From: Anaerolineae bacterium
Lineage (GTDB): Bacteria; Chloroflexota; Anaerolineae; Epilineales; Epilineaceae
NCBI GenBank assembly: GCA_044228875.1
Contig: JBGAUA010000006.1
Coordinates: 1-56,962, forward strand
Length of the DNA: 56,962 bases
Reading direction: 5' to 3'
Shown here: in pieces, positions 30,101-39,047 of the stretch
How positions within the stretch are numbered: position 1 is the stretch's first letter
Layout of the letters: each line of letters starts with the position of its first letter
The notes under the pieces: generated by a model
What the model saw: only the letters and a program-made list of their open reading frames with translations
Databases searched by the model: none
What the model was told of the DNA's origin: nothing
Program-made: the position numbers and the translations under genes

Positions 30101-31525
30101 ATGCTCTTTCCCACCTTCGGCTTCGCGCTCTTCTTTGCCATCGTCTACCCCGTCAGTTGGGTCTTGGCGCGACGGTCGACCGCCTGGCGTGGCTTCGTCC
30201 TGGCGGTCAGCTATGTCTTCTACGGCGCCTTCGACTGGGGCCACAGCTACGTCGGCCTGCAGTACACCGCCCTCCTGGCGGTCTCGACCCTGGTCAACGC
30301 CGCCCTGGCCCGCGGCATCCACCGCGCCTTGCCGGGCAGTCCGGCCAGGCGGCTGGCCCTCGCCGCCGCCCTGCTGTTCAACCTGGGCATCCTGGCCTGG
30401 TTCAAGTACGCCCTCTTCCTGGCCCAGACAGGCAACGACCTCCTGCGCTGGCTGGAGGTCTCCGACCGGATTCCGCTGGTCAAACTGGCGCTGCCGGTGG
30501 GCATCAGCTTCTTCACCTTCCAGGCCATCAGCTACGCCGTCGACGTCTACCGCGGGCTGGCGCCGGTGGCCACGCTCGACTTCGCGGTCTATCTGGCCTT
30601 CTTCCCTCACGTGGTGGCCGGTCCCATCGTCCGCGCCATCGAGTTCGTGCCGCAGCTGGCGCAGGAGCGGCGGCTGACGAAGGCCGATGCCAGCCGCGCG
30701 GCCTGGCTGATCGGCGGCGGGCTTTTCAAGAAGGTGGTGGTGTCCAGCTACCTGGCCACCGCGCTGGTGGATCCGGTCTTCGGCGCGCCGGAGCGCTTCA
30801 GCGCCGTGGAGATCCTGGCCGCCATCTACGGCTACGCCGTGCAGATCTTCGCCGACTTCAGCGGCTATACGGACATGGCCATCGGCCTGGCCCTGCTTCT
30901 CGGTATCCGCTTTCCGCAGAACTTCGACCGTCCCTATGCCGCGGCCAGCATCCAGGACTTCTGGCGCCGCTGGCATATGACCCTGAGCCGCTGGCTGCGC
31001 GACTACCTCTACATCCCGCTGGGCGGAAGCAGGAAGGGCGGACTGCGGACCTACGCGAACCTGATGATCACCATGACCCTGGGCGGCTTGTGGCACGGGG
31101 CGTCCCTGACCTTCGTGGCCTGGGGGTTGTGGCAGGGCCTTGGCCTGGCGGCGGAACGGGCCTGGGGCCGGGGTGGCCGGCGGCAGGTCCTGGGGCGCCT
31201 GACCACCTTTCACTTCATCTGCCTGGGATGGGTGCTCTTTCGCGCCCAGGGCCGCGGGCTGGAGGGCTTCCAGTTGGCCGGAACCCTGCTGACGCGCCTG
31301 GCCACGGCCTGGACGGTGCCGCCGGCGACCGTCATCGGACCACTGCTGGTGGCCGTGGCCATGATCTTCTGGCAACAGCTGCCCGGGCGGTCCATGACCG
31401 GACTGGAACGAGGCTTCGGCCGGCTGCCCCTGGTCGTCCAGGGCGCCGCCCTGGGGGCCTTCATCTTCCTCTGCATCATGCTCGGCCCGCGCGGCGTGGC
31501 CCCCTACATCTACTTCCAGTTCTGA
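30101..31525 (+). CDS. MBOAT O-acyltransferase (AlgI/PatA family)
   Basis: LPVGISFFTFQAISY, GPIVR, DFSGYTDMAIG, FWRRWHMTLSRWLRDYLYIPLGG, GLWHG, C-terminal YIYFQF. Confidence 0.95.
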   Translation: MLFPTFGFALFFAIVYPVSWVLARRSTAWRGFVLAVSYVFYGAFDWGHSYVGLQYTALLAVSTLVNAALARGIHRALPGSPARRLALAAALLFNLGILAWFKYALFLAQTGNDLLRWLEVSDRIPLVKLALPVGISFFTFQAISYAVDVYRGLAPVATLDFAVYLAFFPHVVAGPIVRAIEFVPQLAQERRLTKADASRAAWLIGGGLFKKVVVSSYLATALVDPVFGAPERFSAVEILAAIYGYAVQIFADFSGYTDMAIGLALLLGIRFPQNFDRPYAAASIQDFWRRWHMTLSRWLRDYLYIPLGGSRKGGLRTYANLMITMTLGGLWHGASLTFVAWGLWQGLGLAAERAWGRGGRRQVLGRLTTFHFICLGWVLFRAQGRGLEGFQLAGTLLTRLATAWTVPPATVIGPLLVAVAMIFWQQLPGRSMTGLERGFGRLPLVVQGAALGAFIFLCIMLGPRGVAPYIYFQF

Positions 31526-31535
31526 GCCAGCGCCC

Positions 31536-32762
31536 ATGTCCAGGACCTCGAGGCGAGAGCCCAGGCAGCAGCCCTCCACCGTCCGGCCTCCGGAGCCAGA
31601 TGCTCAATGGCCGGTGCTCGCCGCCATCTGGCTGGGCCTCCTGGTGGTGGCGGTCCTGGCCTCCGGCCGCCTGTCGGACCTGGCAGAGCGGCAGCCCTTC
31701 GGTGCCCGTCGCCGCCTCCTCCTGGGCAGCGCCCAAGCCTGGCAGTCCGCCGTCCAGGCCACCCGGCTGGACGCGCCGGAGCGGGCCTTCAACCGGCTGG
31801 CCGCCGATGTGGCCGCCGGGCCCCTGGGCGCCTGGGGACTGGGTCGGGCCGCGGCCTCCAGATCCTCGGTACCAGCGCGGGCGACCGATTCCTTGGCGGG
31901 TCCTCCCGCCGGCCCGTCGCCGACCCCCACGGGCGCGACGGCCGCCCCCAGCCCGACGGCGACCTTCGTCCCCCTGCGCACCGTCACCTTGGCGGACCCG
32001 CTGCGCGTCCTGGTCATCGGGGATTCCTTTGCCGAGCCTATCGGCTACGAGCTGCAGCGACGCTCCGGCCTGGGCGAACCGCTGAGCGCTCGGCTCGATT
32101 TCAAGATCGCCACCGCCCTCACCCGCCCGGACTACTTCGACTGGCCGGCCCGGCTGGGGGAGCTCATGGCCGCCGAGCCGCATCCGGAGGCCTTGGTGGC
32201 CGTCTTCGGCGGCAACGAGAACCAGAACATGCTCAGCCCCACCGACAATGCCCTGTGGACGGTGGGGGACCCCAACTGGGAGGAAGCGTACCAGCGCCGC
32301 GTGGCGGCCATGATGGACCTCGGCCGGAGACCCGACCTGCGCCTCTACTGGATCGGCATGCCCCCGATGGAGGATGACAGCCACATGGCGGCCGCCCGCG
32401 CCATCAACAAGGTGGTCCCGATGGCGGCGGCGACCCGCCCTTGGGTGCGCTTCGTGCCCAGCTGGGACCTTTTCGCCGGGCCGGACGGCGGCTTCACCCC
32501 CTTCCAACGCGATGCTTCGGGCGAGGAGGTCGTCATCCGTCAGGCGGATGGCGTGCACCTCACCCGCCCGGCCTCGGACCGCTTGACCGCCGCGGTCCTC
32601 GAGGCGATCAAGCGCGACTGGCGCCTGGTCACCCCGACGCCGACCGCATCGCCCACCGTGACGACCATGCCGTCGGCCACCGCCGACGCGCCGCCGGCTA
32701 GCCCGCCGGCAAGGAACACTGGGCAACCGACAGGGCGGCCGTCACCCCGACCGGCGCCTTGA
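31536..32762 (+). CDS. SGNH/GDSL-fold protein (DUF459/PatB-like), membrane anchored
   Basis: N-terminal TM, VIGDSF (catalytic Ser), LTRPDYFDWP, GGNE, DGVH. Directly follows the MBOAT gene. Confidence 0.85.
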   Translation: MSRTSRREPRQQPSTVRPPEPDAQWPVLAAIWLGLLVVAVLASGRLSDLAERQPFGARRRLLLGSAQAWQSAVQATRLDAPERAFNRLAADVAAGPLGAWGLGRAAASRSSVPARATDSLAGPPAGPSPTPTGATAAPSPTATFVPLRTVTLADPLRVLVIGDSFAEPIGYELQRRSGLGEPLSARLDFKIATALTRPDYFDWPARLGELMAAEPHPEALVAVFGGNENQNMLSPTDNALWTVGDPNWEEAYQRRVAAMMDLGRRPDLRLYWIGMPPMEDDSHMAAARAINKVVPMAAATRPWVRFVPSWDLFAGPDGGFTPFQRDASGEEVVIRQADGVHLTRPASDRLTAAVLEAIKRDWRLVTPTPTASPTVTTMPSATADAPPASPPARNTGQPTGRPSPRPAP

Positions 32763-32787
32763 CCCCCGAACCGACGCAGGGCCGCCC

Positions 32788-34602
32788 TCAGCGTCTGGGC
32801 GCGTTCGCCGTCAGCCAGACCCTCTGCATCCGCGGCAGCACGAGGGGGGGGATGCTGAACCCCTGCACATAGGGCGCCACCAGCCAGGCCTCGCGGCCGG
32901 TGAAGAGGGGTACCCAAGGAGCGTCCTCCAGCATCAGTCGCTCCGCCGCCTGATAGTCGGCGATTCGCCGGCCCTCGTCGGGTTCCACCCGCGCTCGCTC
33001 CAAGAGGGCATCCGCCTCGGCATTGGCGTAGCCGCCATGGTTCAAGGCGCTGCCCGAATGCAGCAGCACGTCCAGAAAGTCCTGGGCGTCCGGGTAGTCG
33101 GCGCTCCATCCCATCGCGAAGAAGGGGTAGCGGCCGGCCGTCAGCTCCGCCTCGAACAGGTCCCAGGACGCCTGCTCGATCTGGACGGACAGCCCCAAGA
33201 CCTCGTTGATGCTGTCCACCACCGCCGCCATCAGCGGATCCCCGCCGCCGCCGCTGGCGAAGAGGACGATCGGTGGCACCGACTCCGGGCCGCCGTAGCG
33301 GGAAGCCGCCAATGCTGCCCGCGCAGCCTCCGGATCGAAGCGGTAGGGACTGAGGTCGGGGTCGTGGCCGGGCAGGCCGGGGGGCAGCAGGCCCCAGACC
33401 GGGACCGCGGTCCCTTGCAGGAGCACCCGTGACAGCCGCTCCTTGTCCACCGCCAGATTGAAGGCTCGCCGCAGGTGCACGTCATCGAAGGGGGGGACGC
33501 GGACGTCGAAGCCCATATAGCTCAGCCCCAGTTCGCCAACACCCAGCTGCAGCTGGTCCGACAAGGGGTTCAGCGGATCGGCCACGCGTTGGATGTCGCT
33601 GGTGCCGACCCCGATCGCGTCCAACTCCCCGGCCTCATAACGGGTCTCCGCCGAGATGGGCCGGAGATCGAAGACGACCTGGTCCAGGTACGGGCCTTCG
33701 CCGTAGTAGTCCGGATGGCGCTCCAACACGATCCGCTCGTCTTCGGTCCATTCGGTCAGCCGGAAGGGCCCGCTGCCATTGGGATGGCGGGCCCAATCCT
33801 GGTCTCTCTCCAGCTGTAGCGGGTCCAGGGCGAAGGCCGTGGGATAGGTGAGCTTGGCCAGGAAATAGGCCTTGGGCGAGTCGATGTCGATGACGACCGT
33901 GCGTGCGTCGGGGTTCTGGAGGCCGATCACCGTCTGCCGCTCGCCGGCCAGCTTCTCCAGGCAGCCGACGATGTCCCCCAGGTAGACCGGGGCGACCACC
34001 GACGCGGTTCTGGCATCGCAAGCGCGCTCGATGGCGAAGATGATGGCGTCGGAGGTGAGGGCGGCCCCGTCGTGAAACGTAACCCCTTCCCGCAGATGGA
34101 AGGTGTAGCGGCGACCGTCCTCGCTGAGCTCCCAACGCTCGGCCAGATCAGGGATCACCTGCAGTTCCGGCGACAAGGTGACCAGGCCGCTATAGATCTC
34201 GTACATGTACGACGCGGAGACGACGTCGCGCACAAGGGCCGGGTCAAGGGTGCTCGGCGCGCCCCCAGGCAGGACCAGGTTGCCGCCGCGGCGCGGTGCT
34301 CCTGGCACAGTGCCGTTCGCGGCGGCTCCGGTTGAAGCCGCTGGCGGAGGCGCTTCGGCCGTGGTCGCTGCCGTTCCACGGCCATCCTGCGAGGCCACAC
34401 GCCCCAGCAGCCAGGTCAAGGCCAGGGCCCACACGCCGCAGAAACAGATCAGGGCGAGCAGACCGCAGCAGCCCCAAAGCCAACGGCTGCGCGACGCTTT
34501 GACCGGCGTCGGTTCCCCGATCGCGGGCAACTGGCCCTTGGCCGGAGCGGACAGGCCTTCCGGCTCCGGCGTCTCCTGGTCGTCGGCGCCAAGCAGCGAC
34601 AT
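32788..34602 (-). CDS. Peptide/nickel ABC transporter substrate-binding protein (family 5)
   Basis: TLDPA, IYSGLV, PDLAERW, YTFHLREGVTFHDG, PNGSGPF, GWSADYPD. TGATG overlap with the upstream gene. Cys-rich TM anchor. Confidence 0.92.
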   Translation of the reverse strand: MSLLGADDQETPEPEGLSAPAKGQLPAIGEPTPVKASRSRWLWGCCGLLALICFCGVWALALTWLLGRVASQDGRGTAATTAEAPPPAASTGAAANGTVPGAPRRGGNLVLPGGAPSTLDPALVRDVVSASYMYEIYSGLVTLSPELQVIPDLAERWELSEDGRRYTFHLREGVTFHDGAALTSDAIIFAIERACDARTASVVAPVYLGDIVGCLEKLAGERQTVIGLQNPDARTVVIDIDSPKAYFLAKLTYPTAFALDPLQLERDQDWARHPNGSGPFRLTEWTEDERIVLERHPDYYGEGPYLDQVVFDLRPISAETRYEAGELDAIGVGTSDIQRVADPLNPLSDQLQLGVGELGLSYMGFDVRVPPFDDVHLRRAFNLAVDKERLSRVLLQGTAVPVWGLLPPGLPGHDPDLSPYRFDPEAARAALAASRYGGPESVPPIVLFASGGGGDPLMAAVVDSINEVLGLSVQIEQASWDLFEAELTAGRYPFFAMGWSADYPDAQDFLDVLLHSGSALNHGGYANAEADALLERARVEPDEGRRIADYQAAERLMLEDAPWVPLFTGREAWLVAPYVQGFSIPPLVLPRMQRVWLTANAPRR

Positions 34603-35144
34603 CAGTCCATCTCGATGCTGGCCAGATCCGCGGTCACCAGGCCGACCGCCATCAGGTCCGGCGCGGAGCCCCATTCCAGACGGTAGCGCTGCTCGTAACG
34701 CTCACTGCGCAGGGTGTCGCGGTCCATTCGCGGCCGCCGCACCCGGAAGACCCAGCCGGGATAGGCATCGACGCCGGCCGAAACCGGACCGGCCTGGCGC
34801 GCGATCTCGTCGTCGCTCAAGCGATCCCAGAGGCAACCGGTCGCGCAAGCCATCTCAGCTCCGGCGCCCCGTTGGGCCACCAGGATCGCGCCGAAGGAAA
34901 GGGCATAGGCCAGGCCGATCAGTGAACCCAGGGAGGCATAGGCATGACGCCGCCGCAGCCAGCCGGAGGGCCGGGGCGGTGTCAGCTCCTGCTCGATGCC
35001 TCGCCAGACCCGCCCACCGGGAGCGGCGTTGCGCGCCTCGTCCAAGCCACCCTTGAGCCAGACGGCCAGGTCGTCGTGACGCCAGCGCTCAACGCCCAGC
35101 CCGCCGGCGGGATCGCCGGGCCGATCAGTGGCTGAGGGGCGCAT
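34602..35144 (-). CDS. Putative membrane anti-sigma factor
   Basis: Overlaps the 3' end of the ECF sigma gene. APGGRVWRGIEQEL motif followed by one TM helix. Confidence 0.6.
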   Translation of the reverse strand: MRPSATDRPGDPAGGLGVERWRHDDLAVWLKGGLDEARNAAPGGRVWRGIEQELTPPRPSGWLRRRHAYASLGSLIGLAYALSFGAILVAQRGAGAEMACATGCLWDRLSDDEIARQAGPVSAGVDAYPGWVFRVRRPRMDRDTLRSERYEQRYRLEWGSAPDLMAVGLVTADLASIEMD

Positions 35145-35793
35145 GGGCCAACGTCTCCGAAAACGGCAGGTCCACCCGAGTGCCGGCTTCCATGATCTCC
35201 CGCAAGCGCACGCGGCCGTAATGCAAGCGGGACTTGACGGTGCCGGCCGGGAGCGCCAGGGTGGCGGCGATCTCGTGCAGGTCCATGTCCTGCAAGTAGA
35301 AGAGGATGACCACGATGCGCTGTTTGAAGGGCAGCAGATTGATGGCCTCGGCGATGCCCAGAGCCTGATCGCCATCCACGGTCTGGCGCTCGGGCGAGGC
35401 CGAGCCGGACGGCAGCCGTCGCAACAGGTCGTCATCGGCGCTGGATTCGTGGCGACGGCGGGCGCACCAGTCGTAGCACAGGTTGATCACGATGCGGTGC
35501 AGCCAGGGCCTGAGGCTGGCACCCGCCGGGAGCTGCACGCGCTCGAGGTAGCGGTAGGCGCGCAGGAAGGTCTCCTGAAGCAACTCCTCCGCCGCGCCGC
35601 GCTCATGCGTGATGGCCACCGCGGTGCGGAAGAGCGGCTCTTTGTATCGGCCATACAGAAGGGCGAAGGCGTCGCGGTCGCCGCGGAGCACCGCGGCCAC
35701 GCAGGTTGCGTCGTCGGGCGCCGCACCGGACGGGTCGGAGGGGTTGGGGGACATCTCGCGCGCCGCTGTAGTCATGATCATCCCTCTGCTCAT
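35125..35793 (-). CDS. ECF RNA polymerase sigma factor
   Basis: GDRDAFALL, AEELLQETFLRAY, WLHRIVINLCYD, EIAATLALPAGTVKSRLHYGR. Alternative start 35775. Confidence 0.93.
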   Translation of the reverse strand: MSRGMIMTTAAREMSPNPSDPSGAAPDDATCVAAVLRGDRDAFALLYGRYKEPLFRTAVAITHERGAAEELLQETFLRAYRYLERVQLPAGASLRPWLHRIVINLCYDWCARRRHESSADDDLLRRLPSGSASPERQTVDGDQALGIAEAINLLPFKQRIVVILFYLQDMDLHEIAATLALPAGTVKSRLHYGRVRLREIMEAGTRVDLPFSETLAHAPLSH

Positions 35794-35987
35794 GAGGTCA
35801 CTATAGCATGGGTTCCGACCGGGGCGGCCGCCCGTTGCGACGGCCGACAGGTCCGGTCCAATCTGTCTTGACCTCCATAACGGCGACGGCCGCGCCGCGG
35901 TTCACCGGCGGCGGGCGGACCGTCTTCCGGGTCACGACGCGGTCACACCTTTCCCCTCTCCACCGTCACAATGATACGATGAACGTC

Positions 35988-36548
35988 ATGACCCTCGATC
36001 CACGATCCGCCGAGGCTCGCGATCGGGCGCCCACCTTGGGTGATCCGGCGCTTGAGTCGCTGTTTGTGGGTCTCGTCCGCGACTACCAGCAGCGGATCTT
36101 CAACTACCTGCTGCGGATCGTGGGCGACACCGGGGCGGCTGAGGACCTCTGCCAGGAGGTCTACCTGCGCGCCTACCGCTCACTGGCGCGCCTCGACAGC
36201 GCGGCCAACCATCGCGCCTGGCTGTATCGCATCGCCACCAACGCGGCCATGGACGAGCTGCGCCGCCGCAAGCGGCGACCATGGGACGTCCTGGGCCTGA
36301 CCAACCTGCTGCGGGCTCCCAGCCCCAGCGAGGACGAGCGACTGAACCGGGTGGTCCTTGACCAGGCCATGCTCAGGATCGGCGCCGAGCACCGCGCGGT
36401 GCTGTCCTTGTTCGAGTACGCCGGCCTTACGGCGCCGCAGGTCGCGGAGGTGCTCGGCATCACGCCCGAGGCGGCGCGCAAGCGGCGCCAGCGGGCTCGC
36501 GAGGCTCTGGCAGCCGTTCTGGGCGTCGAAAGAGACGGTGGCGCGTGA
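35988..36548 (+). CDS. ECF RNA polymerase sigma factor
   Basis: AEDLCQEVYLRAY, WLYRIATNAAMDELRRR, QVAEVLGITPEAARKRRQRAR. TGATACGAT ends 7 nt before ATG 35988. Confidence 0.92.
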   Translation: MTLDPRSAEARDRAPTLGDPALESLFVGLVRDYQQRIFNYLLRIVGDTGAAEDLCQEVYLRAYRSLARLDSAANHRAWLYRIATNAAMDELRRRKRRPWDVLGLTNLLRAPSPSEDERLNRVVLDQAMLRIGAEHRAVLSLFEYAGLTAPQVAEVLGITPEAARKRRQRAREALAAVLGVERDGGA

Positions 36549-37756
36549 GCTGCGGTCGCGTTCAGGCCCTCATGGGCGTCCCCGCCGAACTGGACCGGGC
36601 GGAGCGGCTGCTCCTGTCGCACCACCTTCGGGACTGCGCGGCCTGCCGCGAAGCGATGTTCGAGGAGGAGCGCGTGCGCGCCTTCCTGGCCGGCCTGCCG
36701 GAGCTGCCTGTTCCTTCGCGCCTGATGGCCGACCTGATGGCCATTCCCACGGCCGCCCAGGCGCGGCCCGCCGTCGCCGTGGGGCGCTGGCTGCTGGGCC
36801 TGGGGCTGGCCATCGGTCTGTGGGGTCTGGCCGGACGGCTGATCGGCCGCCCGATCCCCCCGCCGGCGGCTCCGGCGCCGGTCGCCGCCCCTTCGCGCCT
36901 TGCCGCCTCCATGGCCACCGCGACGGCGTCGACCGCCGGGCCGCGCGAGGCGACGAACCGGGCTACCCCGGTCGGCGTCGCGGAAGCAGCCGCCTCCGAT
37001 CGCCCTCCGACCGACCGACCGCCGCGCCCGGTAGCGCCGCGCCCGGTAGGGGTGGAGGGCGGCCGATCGCGGACTGCCGCGCCCGATTCCCTGTCCGGCG
37101 CCGATGCGTCTGACGCCGGTTCCGACAGCGCACCGAACCAGAGCCAGCCGTCCGAGCCGCCGCCGGTGCCTTCGGACGAGCCGGCGCCGACCGCCCCGCC
37201 CTTGCCCCGACCATCGGACGCGCCGCCGGTCTGCATCGAAGTGGCCTTCGAGGCCTTCCTGGATCTGGCCGGCGACGGCGGACGCGCCTGCCCCGGCTGC
37301 GACGGCCGCTTCGACGAGGCCGATGCGGCCGCCGCGGCCGCCACCGGCCTCACCTTGCCCGGCGCGGCGGTCTACTGGATCGACGCCACCGGCGATAACG
37401 GCGCGGAAGGCATCCTCCTGACCGGTGAAGGGGCGATCGCCCGCACGGGTAGCCAGACGCTCTGCGGAACGATGCCGATCACCGTCGGCCTGTCCATCGG
37501 CCTGTCGGAGCTCTTCGATCTCTGCCCGATCACGCCCGCCCGGCCCACCTTGACCGTCCAGGACAGCGGCAGCACTGTTCGCTGGGCCGTCGGTCGGTCT
37601 GAATGCCCCGTTCCGACCGCGACGCCGCCCGATGGCGCCCCCCAGGAGACTCCGGCCGCGCCTCAGCCCACCAGCGCACCCGCGGCCGCTCCCGATCCGC
37701 TGCTCAGCGAGCAGCCCCCTTCAGCCACCCTCGGGACGCGAGGCCACCAGCCGTGA
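36545..37756 (+). CDS. Zinc-binding anti-sigma (ZAS) membrane protein with extracellular Cys-rich domain
   Basis: GTGA overlap with the sigma gene, HLRDCAAC (HxxxCxxC), TM, Pro/Ala linker, C-terminal domain FLDLAGDG..CPGCDGRFD. Confidence 0.8.
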   Translation: MSCGRVQALMGVPAELDRAERLLLSHHLRDCAACREAMFEEERVRAFLAGLPELPVPSRLMADLMAIPTAAQARPAVAVGRWLLGLGLAIGLWGLAGRLIGRPIPPPAAPAPVAAPSRLAASMATATASTAGPREATNRATPVGVAEAAASDRPPTDRPPRPVAPRPVGVEGGRSRTAAPDSLSGADASDAGSDSAPNQSQPSEPPPVPSDEPAPTAPPLPRPSDAPPVCIEVAFEAFLDLAGDGGRACPGCDGRFDEADAAAAAATGLTLPGAAVYWIDATGDNGAEGILLTGEGAIARTGSQTLCGTMPITVGLSIGLSELFDLCPITPARPTLTVQDSGSTVRWAVGRSECPVPTATPPDGAPQETPAAPQPTSAPAAAPDPLLSEQPPSATLGTRGHQP

Positions 37757-37851
37757 AGGCTTCGACGGCGGACACATCCACCACGGAGCCTGGTCCGTCC
37801 AGGCCCGCACTTTACAGGCATGGTATCCTCTAAGGACTTGAGCGCCTTGTC

Positions 37852-39021
37852 ATGATCCCGACCGTCGGCCTCACCTCACGCGTCCATCGGCTCGCGATCG
37901 CGGCCTTGTGGTCGTTCGTGCTGGTGCCGGGCCTGGGGCTTATCCTGCTCCTGGCGGCCGACGCGAAGACATTGCATGCGCAGGCTACGGGCGCGCCCAG
38001 CCCTTGCCGCCTGGACGTCCGCCTGGATCTCAGCAACAAGCTGGCCTGTCCGCTTGACACCGTCACGCTCACCCTGAGCATCCAGGCTTCCTGTCCCATG
38101 GAAGCGGATGGTCGCCGGAGCGAGGTGGTGGGGGTCGAGCTGGAAAACCCGCTGGCGGCCAACCTGCGTGGCAGCAGCGGGACGCTCGGGGGCGAGGGTG
38201 AATCCGAAGGCATCCACAGCCTGGGTCCGGTGCCGGGCGAAGGGCTTCAGTGGCAGCTGCGCCTCCTGGCACTGCGGAGTGGCGTCTACCCTGTGGGACA
38301 GGACATGCGGCTCCGGCTGCGCGACGACCGCGGACGAAGCGCCGAAGCCTCCGTCCGCGATTCGATTGACCTGGTGGTCAACCCCTGCGGCTATGGCGGC
38401 GAAGACCGGCTGCGACAGGTCTTCCTGCCGCTGGCGCAGCATCCGAGATGCCAGGTCAGCCAGGAGGCGGCCGATATCGTCCTGGCCATCGACCGGTCTA
38501 CGAGCATGGGCAGGACGGGGGTAGCCATGACCCTGTCCCAGGCACGGTCCTTCATCGAGAGCGTCAACCTGGAACGCGATCGGGTGGCCCTGCTGGCTTT
38601 CGACCGCGAGCCACAGCTGATCAGCGGCCTCACCCAGGATCGCGCCCTGCTCCTGGCCGCCTTGCAGGGCGTCGGCCCCGGCCGCCTGACGGCGATCGAC
38701 CGGGCCATCGAGGCGGGGATGGGCATCCTGGGAGCGGGCGGTGACGGCCGCCGCCGGGTGCTGGCCCTGGTCTCCGACGGCCATCAGACCGGCCTCGGCG
38801 ATGAAGCCGCGGTTCGCGCCGCGGCGCTTCGCGCCCGGCGCTCGGGCATCCGCATCCTCACCCTGGCTGTTGACGGCGAGGACGTGGACCCCAACTGGAA
38901 GCTTCTGCGTGACCTGACGGAGAACGCCTCCCGCAGCATCCGGCTGAACAGCGGCGCCGACGAGGCCTCCCTCAGCCGCGCCTATCGCGAGTTGGCCGAA
39001 CTGTCCGGCTGTCTCGACTGA
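37852..39021 (+). CDS. Secreted Ig-like + VWA domain protein
   Basis: Signal/TM segment, Cys-bracketed beta domain, VFLPLAQH motif, VWA DRSTSM..T..SDG. TGGTATCCT extended -10 at 37821-37829. Confidence 0.82.
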   Translation: MIPTVGLTSRVHRLAIAALWSFVLVPGLGLILLLAADAKTLHAQATGAPSPCRLDVRLDLSNKLACPLDTVTLTLSIQASCPMEADGRRSEVVGVELENPLAANLRGSSGTLGGEGESEGIHSLGPVPGEGLQWQLRLLALRSGVYPVGQDMRLRLRDDRGRSAEASVRDSIDLVVNPCGYGGEDRLRQVFLPLAQHPRCQVSQEAADIVLAIDRSTSMGRTGVAMTLSQARSFIESVNLERDRVALLAFDREPQLISGLTQDRALLLAALQGVGPGRLTAIDRAIEAGMGILGAGGDGRRRVLALVSDGHQTGLGDEAAVRAAALRARRSGIRILTLAVDGEDVDPNWKLLRDLTENASRSIRLNSGADEASLSRAYRELAELSGCLD

Positions 39022-39047
39022 ACTCGACCGGGCCTGGCCGGCCGAGG

